This document shows positions 28,918 to 43,111 of a stretch of DNA of 64,000 nucleotides, in pieces. Positions within the stretch are counted from its first letter, which is position 1; each line of letters starts with the position of its first letter. Source of the stretch: Syncephalis fuscata S228. Taxonomy: Eukaryota; Fungi; Zoopagomycota. Location of the stretch: positions 931,841 to 995,840 of the forward strand of contig JAHLTZ010000002.1 of NCBI GenBank assembly GCA_025786725.1. Direction: 5' to 3'. The notes under the pieces are model-generated. The model ran no database searches, had not been told where the DNA came from, and was given only the letters and a program-made list of their open reading frames with translations. The translations under genes and the position numbers were made by a program.

Positions 28918-30398
28918 ATGTCTAGTCTGCTTGCTACATTAAAAGGAGCGCTACTCCTATCGGTAGTGGCCAACTCCGCACTGGGTCAAAACAACAGCAC
29001 CAACTACGTATACAACTATTGTCAAGCTGACTATCCTGCCAACCATACATATCAGCCTTTGGTAATTAAATGTTGGTTTAATAATTATTTTGCTAATTAA
29101 TATTGTATAAATAGCCGATGCACGTCTAGTACATGTACAAATGCTAATTCGACATGGAGACCGCTCTCCCGTTATGACTATCTTACCCAACGAAATGGCC
29201 GACTGGCGCTGTGAGGATGTGCACGAAGTAAACCAGATCATCGGTACAGACGGCAATCACCCGACCACTGGAGCTGTCAGCCAACGAGTCGTTATTCCAG
29301 CAAAAAAGCCTTATAGAAATGCCATTTGGTCCAGTGGCACTTGTATAATTGGACAATTGACCTCAAAAGGCGTGAGACAACACGTGGCTTTAGGGGAAAT
29401 AATTAATAGTATTTACGTAAATCGCCTATCGTATTTACCAAGACATTTGGACAGCACTACACTAGCCCAACGACTCTATATCCGCAGTTCAGATGTTTGG
29501 CGCACCAAACAGTCAGCTGCCTCGTTGTTAACTGGTTTATGGCCCATGTCACATCGCAATAAAGATGCCAAAGTATTGCCACTCCTGACCTACCCGGAGC
29601 CGATAGAAACAATGCTTGGTCATCGAACGGCTTCCGAATGTCCACGGCTCATGGAGCTATTCGAGGAAATGTATCGTACACCTGAATGGCAAGCATATCT
29701 AAAACGCTACCAGCCGCTTAGAACTCACCTTGAGACTGTACTAAATACGGCCAACCACTCAACTTACGACAACAGTTTTGCTTATTATGTGGATCCGCTA
29801 AGGGCCCGTGATTGCAACAATATGCCACTTCCGTGTCAAAATAATCAATGTATTACAAAATCTCATGTAGCCGAGCTGACACAAAGTGTTAATGAAGAAT
29901 ACACAATGTCATTAAATAGGCTGCCACATTCGAAAGAAGTGAATCGATTGTCCATCGGCTATTTTCTTGGCGAACTCCGGGATAAGCTGATTGATGCCAT
30001 TAATCTAATTCGTCAAGGACATAATCCTCGTAAATTTGAATTGTTTTCCGGACATGATGACACGGTACACGCAATTAAAGGTATGCTAAATGCATACGAT
30101 ATGCTGTGGCCACCTTATGTAAGTGATTTATCTTAGTATGATTTATAGTTGAATCTAAATGACTGCTTATCCGTAGGCTTCTAATATGCTTTTTGAATTG
30201 TGGCAATCGACAACAAATAACCGTTTAGGAAAGCAGTTTTACCTGCGTATTATTTATAACGGACGTATTTTAAAGACACCTTGGTGTGACATGAATGCCT
30301 GTCCCATAGAGGACTATTTTAACTATATAGCCTCGTATGTTCCCAACGATCTCTCCGCCGAGTGTCATACAAATCGTACAGCGCAACATAGTACATGA
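28918..30398 (+). CDS. Second secreted histidine acid phosphatase (3 exons), paralogue of the 6403 gene
   Basis: Signal peptide, YNYCQADYP, RHGDRSP, RSSDVWRT, FSGHDDT, WPPY|ASNMLFELW. Confidence 0.9.
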
Positions 30399-30737
30399 GA
30401 TATTAGTGCTATTATCATTGTGAACCATTATAGCTACAAATTTAACCAGCTTATTTGTTTGGCGATAAATAATATTTTAAATAATATAATTTTGTTTTGC
30501 TAATAACTCATTGCTTTAAAATTGTGTCCAAATAGCAAATTATACTTTAATATTTAAAGCATAAAAGAATTAAACAAGGTTATAAACATTAAAGCTGTTA
30601 AGAATTTAAAATCAAAGTATTGGGATTTAGCTATTTAACATATTGACATTTAGTAAATCCAATGTATTAATATTGATATACTCCAATATGATAATCACCA
30701 AAGATTTACTTTAATGTGAATAGTGTACGCCCAAACC

Positions 30738-33268
30738 AATACCTTTTTAATATAATTATTGATAAACAATAATATGCTTAGTTTAATATTTGTATAAATA
30801 AGTCATTCTAATTTCTTTATAACATTGAAATATGACCATTTTTTTTACAATTACTTGCTATATATAATGCATATTTTTTGATATTTCTAGTTTTTAGTTT
30901 CTTATAAATCATCGAGCTGTATTTTCAAATGTATTCCCACACCTTCAGCATGTTGTTATCATAAATAGATTATTATTATTGTAAAGCACATTAAGCATTT
31001 GAAAGTCATATAATATATATAGTCAGAATACGTATATAACATGCGCTTATTATAAATATGATTATATTGTTTATCAATATTTTGTTGGCTTTCAAATCAA
31101 TAATAGTTTATTGTTTTTCAGTCAATTGTTTTATAATAAAGTGTTTTATAATCGCTGGTTTCTTAGCCAAGTACTTTTCGATCAAGTCTTTTCTATCCAC
31201 GATAAAACATTTTGTTCCATCTTGACGTTCAAGCGTATCGATGACACTATCCTTTGGATTAAGCCCGAAAAGACTCTGTTTGTAATAATAAATATTAGTT
31301 ATATATGTTTATTACTATAAAAAACTTGCCTGGTATTTCTTAAAAAGGTCTTCATCTGAGTTCGAGCCTGGCCGACATGCAATCCTAACTGAGTCTGCAT
31401 CTTTGAATCTAAGATAATCTGCAACTTCTGGGCTAGCCAGAAGATCTAAAAGAACGTCCTTAGCCTGAAGCGAACCTATAAAACTCATGCCATCAACATA
31501 TTTTGGAGAACCTCTAAATCTGATGCCACGCTCGGTGAATGGACTAGCTGGATCATTGTTTTTATACCCCATGAATGCTACATAGATAATATTGTTAGTG
31601 AAATAAAATAAGTAGTTCGAAGTAAGTACTTACTAATATCGTCCATTCGATTAATAGGAGGAAGGCCAGGTGCGGATTGCGTGGCCGATACTAGCATAAG
31701 CGCGGTGGCAGCGATAGCAAAAATAGATTTCATTGTAAACATGGCTTTGTCAGGGTTCAATAGTCGAATGAGACTTTCTATGAAACTAGTGTGTGAAGAG
31801 AATTATAATATGATAACTAGACAAACAAATTTTGCTAAAGAAAAGCAGGTATTTATAGTAAAATACATCATGCAATAGTCAATATATTTACTATAGTGCA
31901 GGATAAATATGGTATACACGTGTCTGAGTTGAAGCTATAACATCAACTCATAAAAATAAATCGAAATCAGCAACCTCCATTATTCAAATACGGAATTTGA
32001 AAATATAAATGTTTCAGAGTAGCATTTTACTTCTATATATGTATATACTAGATAGTACAAAATGAGCAAAATGCAATTCAATGCAGTAATGCTATTTTTA
32101 TGTGGTTGTTATCTCGAGTACTGATATCAAAAAAATACGCAAAAAGCCTTTTTAGATGTGGATCAAAGCTATTTTTCATTACTATTAATTAATACCCAAA
32201 AAGCTGTAAATCTAAACACAGATTCTGATAACATGCATTGTGGTTAATTAGAGAGTATGTAACTTTTAAAACAAGACAAATGATTGTGATTATGATAGTT
32301 AGTAGTTTTGAGTTGTATCATTTAGTAATAGATTATCATTTGATTCAAATATCAGTATATACATAAAGTATGATGCATGAGTTTAGACATTATAGTATTA
32401 AGAGTTATAAGCCTTGCTTTAAAAGAATAATAAAATTAAATAATGCCGAATTGACGGCTCATTTGATAATATTATACTCTGACACGCAAAAAAGATTTTG
32501 CTTAAACTAGAAGGCTTAGAATGGCAATGGCCATGTTTAAGGAAATGGTTTGTTATGGAATTGGTTTAAGTTTACAATTTCAGTTTTATTCCTAGGCTTA
32601 TTTTTAGTAAAACATTTTGCTTTTGCATTTTTGCGGTCACCATATACAAATCTTAATGGAAATACTATTTTTACATTCTGTAAAATATTCTGTATACTAC
32701 AAATGTGTTAAATATTAAAATGGCGCATAATTGAATATACTAATATAGCCTAAGACTGGTTTACTACATATCAAACTCGATACAGTCAGCTTGTCAGTTT
32801 GAGCATTGATTGATTTGCTTTACTTTTCTGTAGTTTGAATAAACGACGCTCTTAAATTGTATAGTCTATTTGAGTTGGTGTTTGTTCTAGCTAAGCATGC
32901 CGATTTAGCCAAATTCCTAACAATTTAACGATTAGATTTGCATATTAGTTCACACAGTAAATCACTGTCCATTGGTTGCTTGTTAGGTATTGCAGGTCAA
33001 TCGGCGTACATAACTATAAATAATAGAATGGCTAGTTTGATGCGCCATACATAATATTTTATTAATAAAATATTCATTACCAATTGCATATATTTCATTA
33101 GTTGATTTTACTCCAATCCATGTTTTCTACGGTATTCTGATGCTCTTGTAAAACGTGGATGCATTGTGCAATAGTTTATAAAGTTGATTGTTTGTACAAA
33201 AGCTACTTTATCATGCTATTTACAGCCTAATATTACCTAACTATTGATACATGTGTAGGATTGTATGG

Positions 33269-33303
<35 letters not shown>

Positions 33304-33613
33304 CTAGTGTCGATCGTTTGTAAGATTAAGTATACAAATAGTTTATAAAAATAAAGCACAGTAAATACAGAAATCTTTGATAAACAATGATATAACTACA
33401 AAGCCATATATAATCAGTTTTAATTGATGTGCATTCTAGTGACGCTGTAATTTCTTACTTTAGATGGCATTATAATAAAATAACCTGTTTATACGAATAC
33501 AACTTTAATTCATGAATGTGGTACAGGGGTGAATGCTGGTTATATGGTAGAATTGCAATGGTGATATTACAATTGCTTATTGTAGTCTATTATCAATCTT
33601 AATTTAAATATTT
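30738..33613. repeat. Direct segmental duplication, copy 1 (~2.87 kb)
   Basis: Near-identical to 37257-40129 (offset 6519 at the left end; identical ORF-track entries), except for a diverged internal block at ~32055-32487. Confidence 0.97.
31108..31733 (-). CDS. Small secreted protein of unknown function (~171 aa), copy 1; exons 31733-31634, 31577-31330, 31275-31108
   Basis: Signal peptide MKSIFAIAATALMLVSATQSAP; one GT-AG and one GC-AG intron give a continuous frame ending ...KHFIIKQLTEKQ*. Confidence 0.8.
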
Positions 33614-34683
33614 TATTTTCATTATAAATACTTATAAAATGCAAAAATAATATTTGTTTTATTTGTACTAACAAAGAAGTAGCAATAGCTGTGTTACAGT
33701 AGAATACGGTAAACAACTTGCCACTGTTTTTGCTAGCAGCTCTTTGGTAGTGGATTGTATGTAATTGGTGGATTTAATCTATGTAAACCGGTTTTTGCCC
33801 GGAGTATGTTTTAGCGTTCCATATATCTGCATATACGTTTGCTATTCATGCAAAGTCGCATCGTGCAGTTATTCGCGTGTGACTATCAAATAGATAGATA
33901 GAATTGTATGGACAGTGCGTAATGGCCATTTAAACATTCTGCTATTTGAATAACTAACAATAAATAGAATGAGTGTAATACGCTTAGTTTTTTGACAAAA
34001 AGAAAGATAAAATAAATTTTGCACAATCGCTAATGAAAAAAAGCATTTTGAAATAATGTATCGCGATAGTGCGACATTCAAACATTCGGATAAATATCGC
34101 CGTTGATAATGATCATAGGTCATAAGCACACTGCAGTCACGCAGAGACACAGCGACGTCAGTGACGGTTGAGATGATGAAATGGTAGAGTAATGAATAGT
34201 GAGATGATGAAATATGCAGTGTAAAAATAGCAAAGATGTGCAGCCTTTGACAATGTCCGCTATTTATCCATTGCGGCGAACAATCCAATTATTCTTTAGA
34301 TGAATGGTATATTCGAGATGTCCGTTGATTTAATAACAATAAATACTGTTTTGTTTAATTATGGTTAGCGTTATGAACAATCAATTATATCTAGATTAGT
34401 ATAATGTCAGTGCGTGAGCAAATGGTGGACTTGGCTGCGAGTCATGTGGTACACCATGCATCGTCAGGGAAATGGAAGCACGTATGACTAGGCCCGGAGT
34501 TTCGGTGTAAAACATTAAATTGAATGGATTAATGTCACGGAGTATGTCTTCACACGACTATAAATGTGGCGCATTGTTAAGTAGGTCCTCGGGATGTTCT
34601 ATATACACACATACGCTTAACTGTGCTTTTCTTTTATAACACTCAAGTTACTACAACTAAACAATCAGTGTTATTGTGATAAC

Positions 34684-36667
34684 ATGTCTTCACTACAAAT
34701 ACTACTCAACAACATCCCATGGCTAGAGGCTTTGAGTTTGGCCAGTGCGGGATATATAGTTTACAAAGTAAGTGTTATTTATTACTATCGGACAGCATTC
34801 ATTGACATCTGCATAGCTTATTCAACAAGAATATGTAAGCCCATTGTCGAAAATACCTGGGCCACGTCCATCTGTATTTGGAAAGTTATACCTGGACTTG
34901 AAGCGAGCCTATAGACTTCAACGTTCAGACTTTCCAGAAGTTCATGAACGTTATGGCCCTATAGTTCGCACGGGTAAGCAACCATAAAGCTACATCTGGA
35001 ACTTCGCAATTAACTATAAATTACTATTCAGGGCCCAATACACTTTGGGTGGCAAGTGCTGCATCCATTCGAAAGGTCAACGGCTCGCATCAGTATGTCA
35101 AAGGTACTGATTATGCCACAAATCGTATTGGTGGTGAAAACGTGTTCAGTACCAGAGATGTTGATTACCATCGAATTCAAGTGAGTAAATGTGCTGATGG
35201 TTTCAATAAACTGATTTATTATTAGAAACGATTGATGATGCCAGCTTATACACCCAATGCACTTAACGAACTGGAGCCACTGATTTACGAAATCGGTATT
35301 GCTCGTCTTATTGAAAGACTCAATGAGCACGCCGATGCTGGACATTCCGTTGATTTGATGAATCTATTAAAGAACATGACTTTTGTAAGTAACTGCAATT
35401 ATAATTGTCGATTTCTTACATTATATCCAGGATACCATTGGCGAAGTTGGCTTTGGTAAAAGCTTTGGACTTCTTGAAGAGAAGCAAGAGCGCCATCCGA
35501 TTATAGATTGGATGGGTAACAGAATTCTATTTGCTGTTACGGTAGGTACTAATTTATCGCTTGTTACTATTTACTAATCAGCAATAGAGAGCCGTTTTTG
35601 GAAGATTCTTTATTTCCGATTTGTTCCCTAGTCTTAAGAGGGATATCAAAGCACTGGATGATGTAAGTATCAGAAATCTGCGCTTTATTTACTGTAGATT
35701 AACACTTCATTTAGTATGCGGTAGAAGCTATTGAAAAAAGAAGACAAATGGGCGACAGTGGAAGAAAAGATACATTGCAACAGTTGATCGAAGCTTTCGA
35801 TGCTGAAACTGGCACCAGATTATCGACTGAGAATATTATGGCTGAAGTAATTCTACTGATGTAGGTCATAGGCATTTTAACTTTATAGTCATCTAATGGA
35901 TACTGCTATTTAGGATTGCTGGTACAGATACCACAGCTCTTACTATCACATGGTAAGCAATACGCTTATGTTAGCTTGTTCAATTTTAACATATTCACTT
36001 TTAGGACCATGTATTTCTTAATCTCAAATCCCGAGTACTATCAACGACTTGCTGATGAAATCAAAAGTGTATATCCTGATCCAAATACCCGTGCTAGCCA
36101 TAAAGACACTCTGACCATGACCTACTTGGATGCTGTGCTTCACGAATCAATGCGCATTCGACCTATTGCTCCACATGGCATGCCACGCATTGTTCCTGAA
36201 GGAGGCACCACGTTAGATGGCTACTTTGTTCCCGGTGGTGTAAGTTAATGATTAGCTATAATATTGTTAGCATCCTTACATTTTACAATATAGACTACCG
36301 TGATGGTGTCCATTGGCGTTATGCAAATGAACAAAGATGTTTTCCCTGAACCACACGTGTTCCGCCCCGAACGCTGGCTTGATGCGTCGCCTGAGCAGCT
36401 AACTGTGATGAAGCAGCACTTTGCACCATTCTCTGTTGGCCCTCGTGCCTGTCTTGGCCGCAAGTAAGTAATATGATCAAATTACACAAGCTATACATTA
36501 ATGATATATTGATTAGTTTGGCCTGGATGGAGCTTCGCGTGACACTTGTTGAGCTGGTACGTCGCTTCACGTTTGTTGCATCACCCAAGAATGACATGGC
36601 ACCTCTTTACCGAGGTCCCGTATCCCCAAGAGGTAGAAAGTTTATAGTGGAGCCATCGCGTGCCTAA
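34684..36667 (+). CDS. Cytochrome P450, multi-exon
   Basis: N-terminal anchor followed by [16 protein letters not shown], ExxR (ESMR), PERW, heme motif [10 protein letters not shown]. Confidence 0.95.
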
Positions 36668-37256
36668 GCTTTTAAATGACTATATCTTCATCACTATTCA
36701 TTACTGTTTTTACTATGCATAAATCATAAATAAATGTTTGACAAATCAATATTACAATTTGAATGTTTGATTATCGTTGTTTTATTCGCTCTATACGATG
36801 ACATGCATACAGATGAAATGTAATTATAAATTGGGTTTTAATAATAAACTGCATATCAACTTGTAAACCAAGATGATACTAGTTATAGTTATTTATATTT
36901 GTAAATCCAATAAGTAACATTTGTTGTTTTAACTCGTATGTCTATCTGTATTTTATTATAAATATAGTAAATATCAATGGCATAAAATTGTAAGCATAAG
37001 TTGATTTATCTGCTACTAATTAGAAATACAATAAATATAACATTTAAAAAAGATTGTTTTACACTATGATTGGAATAAATATACATTATGCTTAAATCCA
37101 ATTGCAAATGCAATTTGTAACTTACTATCAAGTTTTCTAAAGTGTTTAAAAACCTTTTTTTTAATGTCAATAGAGCCATTTCCTACGGGAATAACATTAT
37201 TAAAGTTGGCAGATTATAATTTGCATTCTTCATCTCCAATGATGTAACTAGCTAAT

Positions 37257-40129
37257 AATACCTTTTTAATATAATTATTGATAAACAATAATATGCTTAG
37301 TTTAATATTTGTATAAATAAGTCATTCTAATTTCTTTATAACATTGAAATATGACCATTTTTTTTACAATTACTTGCTATATATAATGCATATTTTTTGA
37401 TATTTCTAGTTTTTAGTTTCTTATAAATCATCGAGCTGTATTTTCAAATGTATTTCCACACCTTCAGCATGTTGTTATCATAAATAGATTATTATTATTA
37501 TAAAGCACATTAAGCATTTGAAAGTCATATAATATATATAGTCAGAATACGTATATAACATGCGCTTATTATAAATATGATTATATTGTTTATCAATATT
37601 TTGTTGGCTTTCAAATCAATAATAGTTTATTGTTTTTCAGTCAATTGTTTTATAATAAAGTGTTTTATAATCGCTGGTTTCTTAGCCAAGTACTTTTCGA
37701 TCAAGTCTTTTCTATCCACGATAAAACATTTTGTTCCATCTTGACGTTCAAGCGTATCGATGACACTATCCTTTGGATTAAGCCCGAAAAGACTCTGTTT
37801 GTAATAATAAATATTAGTTATATATGTTTATTACTATAAAAAACTTGCCTGGTATTTCTTAAAAAGGTCTTCATCTGAGTTCGAGCCTGGCCGACATGCA
37901 ATCCTAACTGAGTCTGCATCTTTGAATCTAAGATAATCTGCAACTTCTGGGCTAGCCAGAAGATCTAAAAGAACGTCCTTAGCCTGAAGCGAACCTATAA
38001 AACTCATGCCATCAACATATTTTGGAGAACCTCTAAATCTGATGCCACGCTCGGTGAATGGACTAGCTGGATCATTGTTTTTATACCCCATGAATGCTAC
38101 ATAGATAATATTGTTAGTGAAATAAAATAAGTAGTTCGAAGTAAGTACTTACTAATATCGTCCATTCGATTAATAGGAGGAAGGCCAGGTGCGGATTGCG
38201 TGGCCGATACTAGCATAAGCGCGGTGGCAGCGATAGCAAAAATAGATTTCATTGTAAACATGGCTTTGTCAGGGTTCAATAGTCGAATGAGACTTTCTAT
38301 GAAACTAGTGTGTGAAGAGAATTATAATATGATAACTAGACAAACAAATTTTGCTAAAGAAAAGCAGGTATTTATAGTAAAATACATCATGCAATAGTCA
38401 ATATATTTACTATAGTGCAGGATAAATATGGTATACACGTGTCTGAGTTGAAGCTATAACATCAACTCATAAAAATAAATCGAAATCAGCAACCTCCATT
38501 ATTCAAATACGGAATTTGAAAATATAATGTTTCAGAGTAGCATTTTACTTCTATATATGTATATACTAGATAGCACAAAATGAGCAAAATACAATTCAAT
38601 GTAATAATGCTATTTTTATGTGACTACCATTCTCAAGTATTGATATAAAAATTACACAACTTTTTTTTAGATGTGGTAGATTGAAACTAGTTTTTAAACA
38701 ATACTAATTGATAATGGGATAAGGATTTTATAAATTTAAGCACATATTTTAATAATATAAATTGCGATTAATTAGTGATTATATAAATTTTGGAATAAGA
38801 CAGATGACTGTAATTATAGAAATTAGTAACTTTAGTTTACAGCACTTGGAAATAATAAGATTTCATTTAGTTCAGATGTTAATATATACATATAGTGTGA
38901 TACACGGGTTTAGACCTCATAGTATTAAAATAAAAGTATAAGCATTGCTTCAAAAAAATGGATAAATTAAATCAACGGTCCATTTAAGAAACAGCATGCT
39001 TTGCCATACCAAAAAGATTTTGCTTAAACTAGAAGGCTTAGAATGGCAATGGCCATGCTTAAGGAAATGGTTTGTTACGGAATTGGTTTAAGTTTACAAT
39101 TTCAGTTTTATTCCTAGGCTTATTTTTAGTAAAACATTTTGCTTTTGCATTTTTGCGGTCACCATATACAAATCTTAATGGAAATACTATTTTTACATTC
39201 TGTAAAATATTCTGTATACTACAAATGTGTTAAATATTAAAATGGCGCATAATTGAATATACTAATATAGCCTAAGACTGGTTTACTACATATCAAACTC
39301 GATACAGTCAGCTTGTCAGTTTGAGCATTGATTGATTTGCTTTACTTTTCTGTAGTTTGAATAAACGACGCTCTTAAATTGTATAGTCTATTTGAGTTGG
39401 TGTTTGTTCTAGCTAAGCATGCCGATTTAGCCAAATTCCTAACAATTTAACGATTAGATTTGCATATTAGTTCACACAGTAAATCACTGTCCATTGGTTG
39501 CTTGTTAGGTATTGCAGGTCAATCGGCGTACATAACTATAAATAATAGAATGGCTAGTTTGATGCGCCATACATAATATTTTATTAATAAAATATTCATT
39601 ACCAATTGCATATATTTCATTAGTTGATTTTACTCCAATCCATGTTTTCTACGGTATTCTGATGCTCTTGTAAAACGTGGATGTATTGTGCAATAGTTTA
39701 TAAAGTTGATTGTTTGTACAAAAGCTACTTTATCATGCTATTTACAGCCTAATATTACCTAACTATTGATACATGTGTAGGATTGTATGGCTAATATATA
39801 TATATATATATATATATAACTAGTGTCGATCGTTTGTAAGATTAAGTATACAAATAGTTTATAAAAATAAAGCACAGTAAATACAGAAATCTTTGATAAA
39901 CAATGATATAACTACAAAGCCATATATAATCAGTTTTAATTGATGTGCATTCTAGTGGCGCTGTAATTTCTTACTTTAGATGGCATTATAATAAAATAAC
40001 CTGTTTATACGAATACAACTTTAATTCATGAATGTGGTACAGGGGTGAATGCTGGTTATATGGTAGAATTGCAATGGTGATATTACAATTGCTTATTGTA
40101 GTCTATTATCAATCTTAATTTAAATATTT
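37257..40129. repeat. Direct segmental duplication, copy 2
   Basis: Matches 30738-33613; diverged internal block at ~38570-39009; the (TA)n tract is shorter than in copy 1. Confidence 0.97.
37627..38252 (-). CDS. Small secreted protein of unknown function, copy 2
   Basis: No differences seen from 31108-31733 in the coding region. Confidence 0.8.
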
Positions 40130-40570
40130 GCTTGCGTAAAAGGTGTTATAACATTAAATTATTACGACTACAAAAGCATCATTATAATAGTCATGTAATT
40201 CAATTAATCCCATATATACTTTTATTCAAAGTCTGGTACTATTTAAGTTATTGCCATTAAATATAAATATTACTAGTAGATATTAATTTTAACATTTTTT
40301 GTATAATGTTGTGTCTAAAATTACTCATTGCTATTAGTGTATCTAATACATACTGTTTTATTTTCTATTTATACTGGGTATTTAACTTAAACATCCATCC
40401 ATCTATAATTGAATAAAACTTTTACATAACTTATTGACGTTAACACAATTAATTAATTATTAAATGCTACTAATAACTTTATTATTAAAGACACTCGACA
40501 TCAAGCAATGCCTCAAACAAAATATTTATTTATACATTCCATGGTTACTTTGATCATCACCAGTAGCCTG

Positions 40571-42812
40571 TCATGCAACTGCAGCGCGAGTAGTACTATT
40601 CTTGCTGCTATTTCCAGCTGGCATCGGACGGGTGGCAGAACGGGAGCGGGAACGTGTCATAACACCACCGCCAATATTATTGATTGGTTTAGGAGCAGGG
40701 ATTCGGCTGGCTGGTCTACGCAATGGTGTACGCATGCGAGCAAGCGAAGAGGCGGTGGGTCGAGATAGCGTGGCAATACGACCTGGCTTTTGCGCTTGTA
40801 ATGGTCTAGCAATTGCCGTGCTGCTATTCTCTACACCTCGTCCCATAGTACGACCACGTACTGGCTTCACTGCAACATTAAGTTTTCGTGCTGGTATGGT
40901 ACGCGTAATAGCAAGTGCCGGCTTCTTAGTCAAAGCTGGCAAAACACGCTTGGCTTTGCTAATGGGGGCACGAGGAGTATTTGGGTTCAGATTTGCCGTA
41001 TCACGTAGTACACGCTTTGCACCAGTCAGAACACGGTTCCGAGCAGCTGGCTTTACCACTAATATCAAGAAGAGTAAGCGTAATGTTAATAATGTGTATC
41101 TATTCTCTTACCAGCACCATTACGGGTGCGTGAAGCCAATGGTACACGTGTTGCGCCAGCTGGCTTGGTAATAGTGGATTTAGTAGTTGGAGATGTGCGG
41201 AGTGGACGGCTTATAGTACGTTTAGCTGGCTGAATAGGTTCGGCCAAACGGCTGGTAGTAGTTGATTCTTTCTTGGCATTGGTGTCCAATTGATTAGCAT
41301 TGTTGTCTTCACTTGATGATGCTTTAATACCCAATGCAGGATATCTTTTTGTAAATTTAGCATTAATATTTTCAGCTATAACATTACTGCCATGGTTTAG
41401 CGACTCAGATTTTGTCGAGTGCTGAGATGAAGTGGACGAGGATGACGTGGGTGGAGATGGTCCCTTTGCTTTAACAGTTACAGCTAGTTCATCAGTGGCA
41501 CCTCCTGGTGCATGTGAACTGCCATTACTTACGCCATTCGACGTTGTTGGTCCATTATTGGTATTAGCTGTACTCGAATTGCTAAGATGAGATGAGGCAG
41601 TAGAACGACCATGATCGTTTAAATGTCCATCCTTATGATTATCACCATCGTCATCAGGCAAATTGCGTGCAGCAGGTAATTCTTGTTCTTCACAACGAGA
41701 TGAAGATGAAGGCTTCTTAGACTTGTCTTCGGTGGCAGTAGAAGTCGATGGATTTGTGTCAGCTTGGTTCGAAGGAGGCGATCCAACATGAATTTCAATG
41801 TCATCAGTATTAGCTGAAGACTCGGCCAGCTTTTTATGTTGCATCATATGCTGGCGGATGTTTGGCCTCCCAGTAGCTGAAGCGCCTGGACGTGCTTTAC
41901 CAGATGCTGATGGCTTACTGCCACCGCTTAATAGCTTCTGAGTACGTGGTTCTAGCGTTTCTATAAATCTATTTGCAGTGTTATTAATGCAACAAGTATG
42001 TTAAATATATACCTACGCTGGTACACGCTGCTCAAATAATTTGGCATACGCATCATAAGCTTTACGCGCCTCGGTACGGGCATCAGCGTCGGCATCGACC
42101 AGGCCAGCACGAAGCATTGCCTCAACGATAGTTACATGACTATTATGAAGATCTGTCGATGGAATCTTATGCAACACCATATTCAAACACTCCAGAGTAC
42201 AACGACGCATACCTTTGCTGGCCGCTTTCTGATTTTCAGCCAATGGATGCAGGAAATCAGGCAGCTGAGAGAACTGAATAGAACGATCCAAGCAGCTAAT
42301 GGCTCGTTTTACAAACACCTTGTTTGTGCGGGCACATAGACGAATGACAGGAGGAATCACAATATCAAACACTTGAATAAAGTCTTTACGTAATACTCGA
42401 GCCAAAGTTTGTACAAGCTCGACAGCAGTACCCGATAACTTTGTACGTTCAGTATTGATCTAGTAGGACATAGATTATTATTGACATTAGTATAAACTGC
42501 TATTTATGTTACTTCTATCGAGTACACCTACCGAATTAACAAACGAATCACGAATACTTTTAATAGCCGGAATAAAACTGGGCATCTTGTATGCACCGCC
42601 TAGACTAAGAGCACCAAGTCGATGGAGTGCCTCTTCCATTAGCATCCAATTCTGCTCCGTTTCCTTCTGATTCATAGTCGCTTTGATCTTGTCGAATTCC
42701 GACTCGAATTGGGCGTTACTTGTAACCTGTATAATGGAAATAAACCAGTAAATATAGATACGAATAATAAACAATCACAGTCGCTTACGTAGATAAGCTC
42801 CGACGTGTCCAT
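40571..42812 (-). CDS. STU1: CLASP/Stu1-like microtubule-associated protein (CLASP N-terminal TOG-like domain plus basic S/R/P-rich tail)
   Basis: KETEQNWMLMEEALHRL, NTERTKLSGTA, LCARTNKVFVKRA, GLVDADADARTEAR; long disordered basic C-terminus. Confidence 0.75.
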
Positions 42813-42949
42813 CTTGCCGAACTGTTATTGTAGTAGTAGTGAAAAGTGGTAGATAGTAGGAAAAGAAAACAGTGCCAAATCAAAGCGAAATAAAGTAAAC
42901 GACCGTGATGGCTGAAGTTACTCTTGGCTAAAAACAAATCAAGTGCTGG

Positions 42950-43111
42950 CTTCACGTGTAAGATGCGCGCGTGTAAAAACTTATGGCTATGTCGCGTGGC
43001 TATGTCGCGTGAACAATAGAGTGCTTAGCTGATCGCGTGCAGTATTCAACCGCAGTAATAATCACAAAGATTAAAACCGACAAAATACTTGGTTGTGGTA
43101 AACGCGCCAAA
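42950..43111. promoter_or_regulatory. Cluster of CGCG-core (E2F/MCB-like) elements upstream of the CLASP gene
   Basis: At least five CGCG cores within ~160 bp of AT-rich DNA, a TGGCTATGTCGCG direct repeat, and GCGCCAAA at 43104-43111 (TTTGGCGC on the minus strand). Confidence 0.4.

Noticed and set aside
33272-33302. (TA)n tract and other microsatellites such as (CCAT)n near 1140-1170, (AAT)n and (TG)n
   Set aside because: Ordinary simple repeats with no sign of function.
30738-40129. LTR retrotransposon or composite transposon
   Set aside because: No TG..CA termini, target-site duplication, gag/pol or transposase; the interior is an intron-containing P450.
40602-41171. Long antisense ORFs (also 51337-51903, 24813-25193, 63521-63841)
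   Set aside because: Shadows of real genes on the opposite strand.
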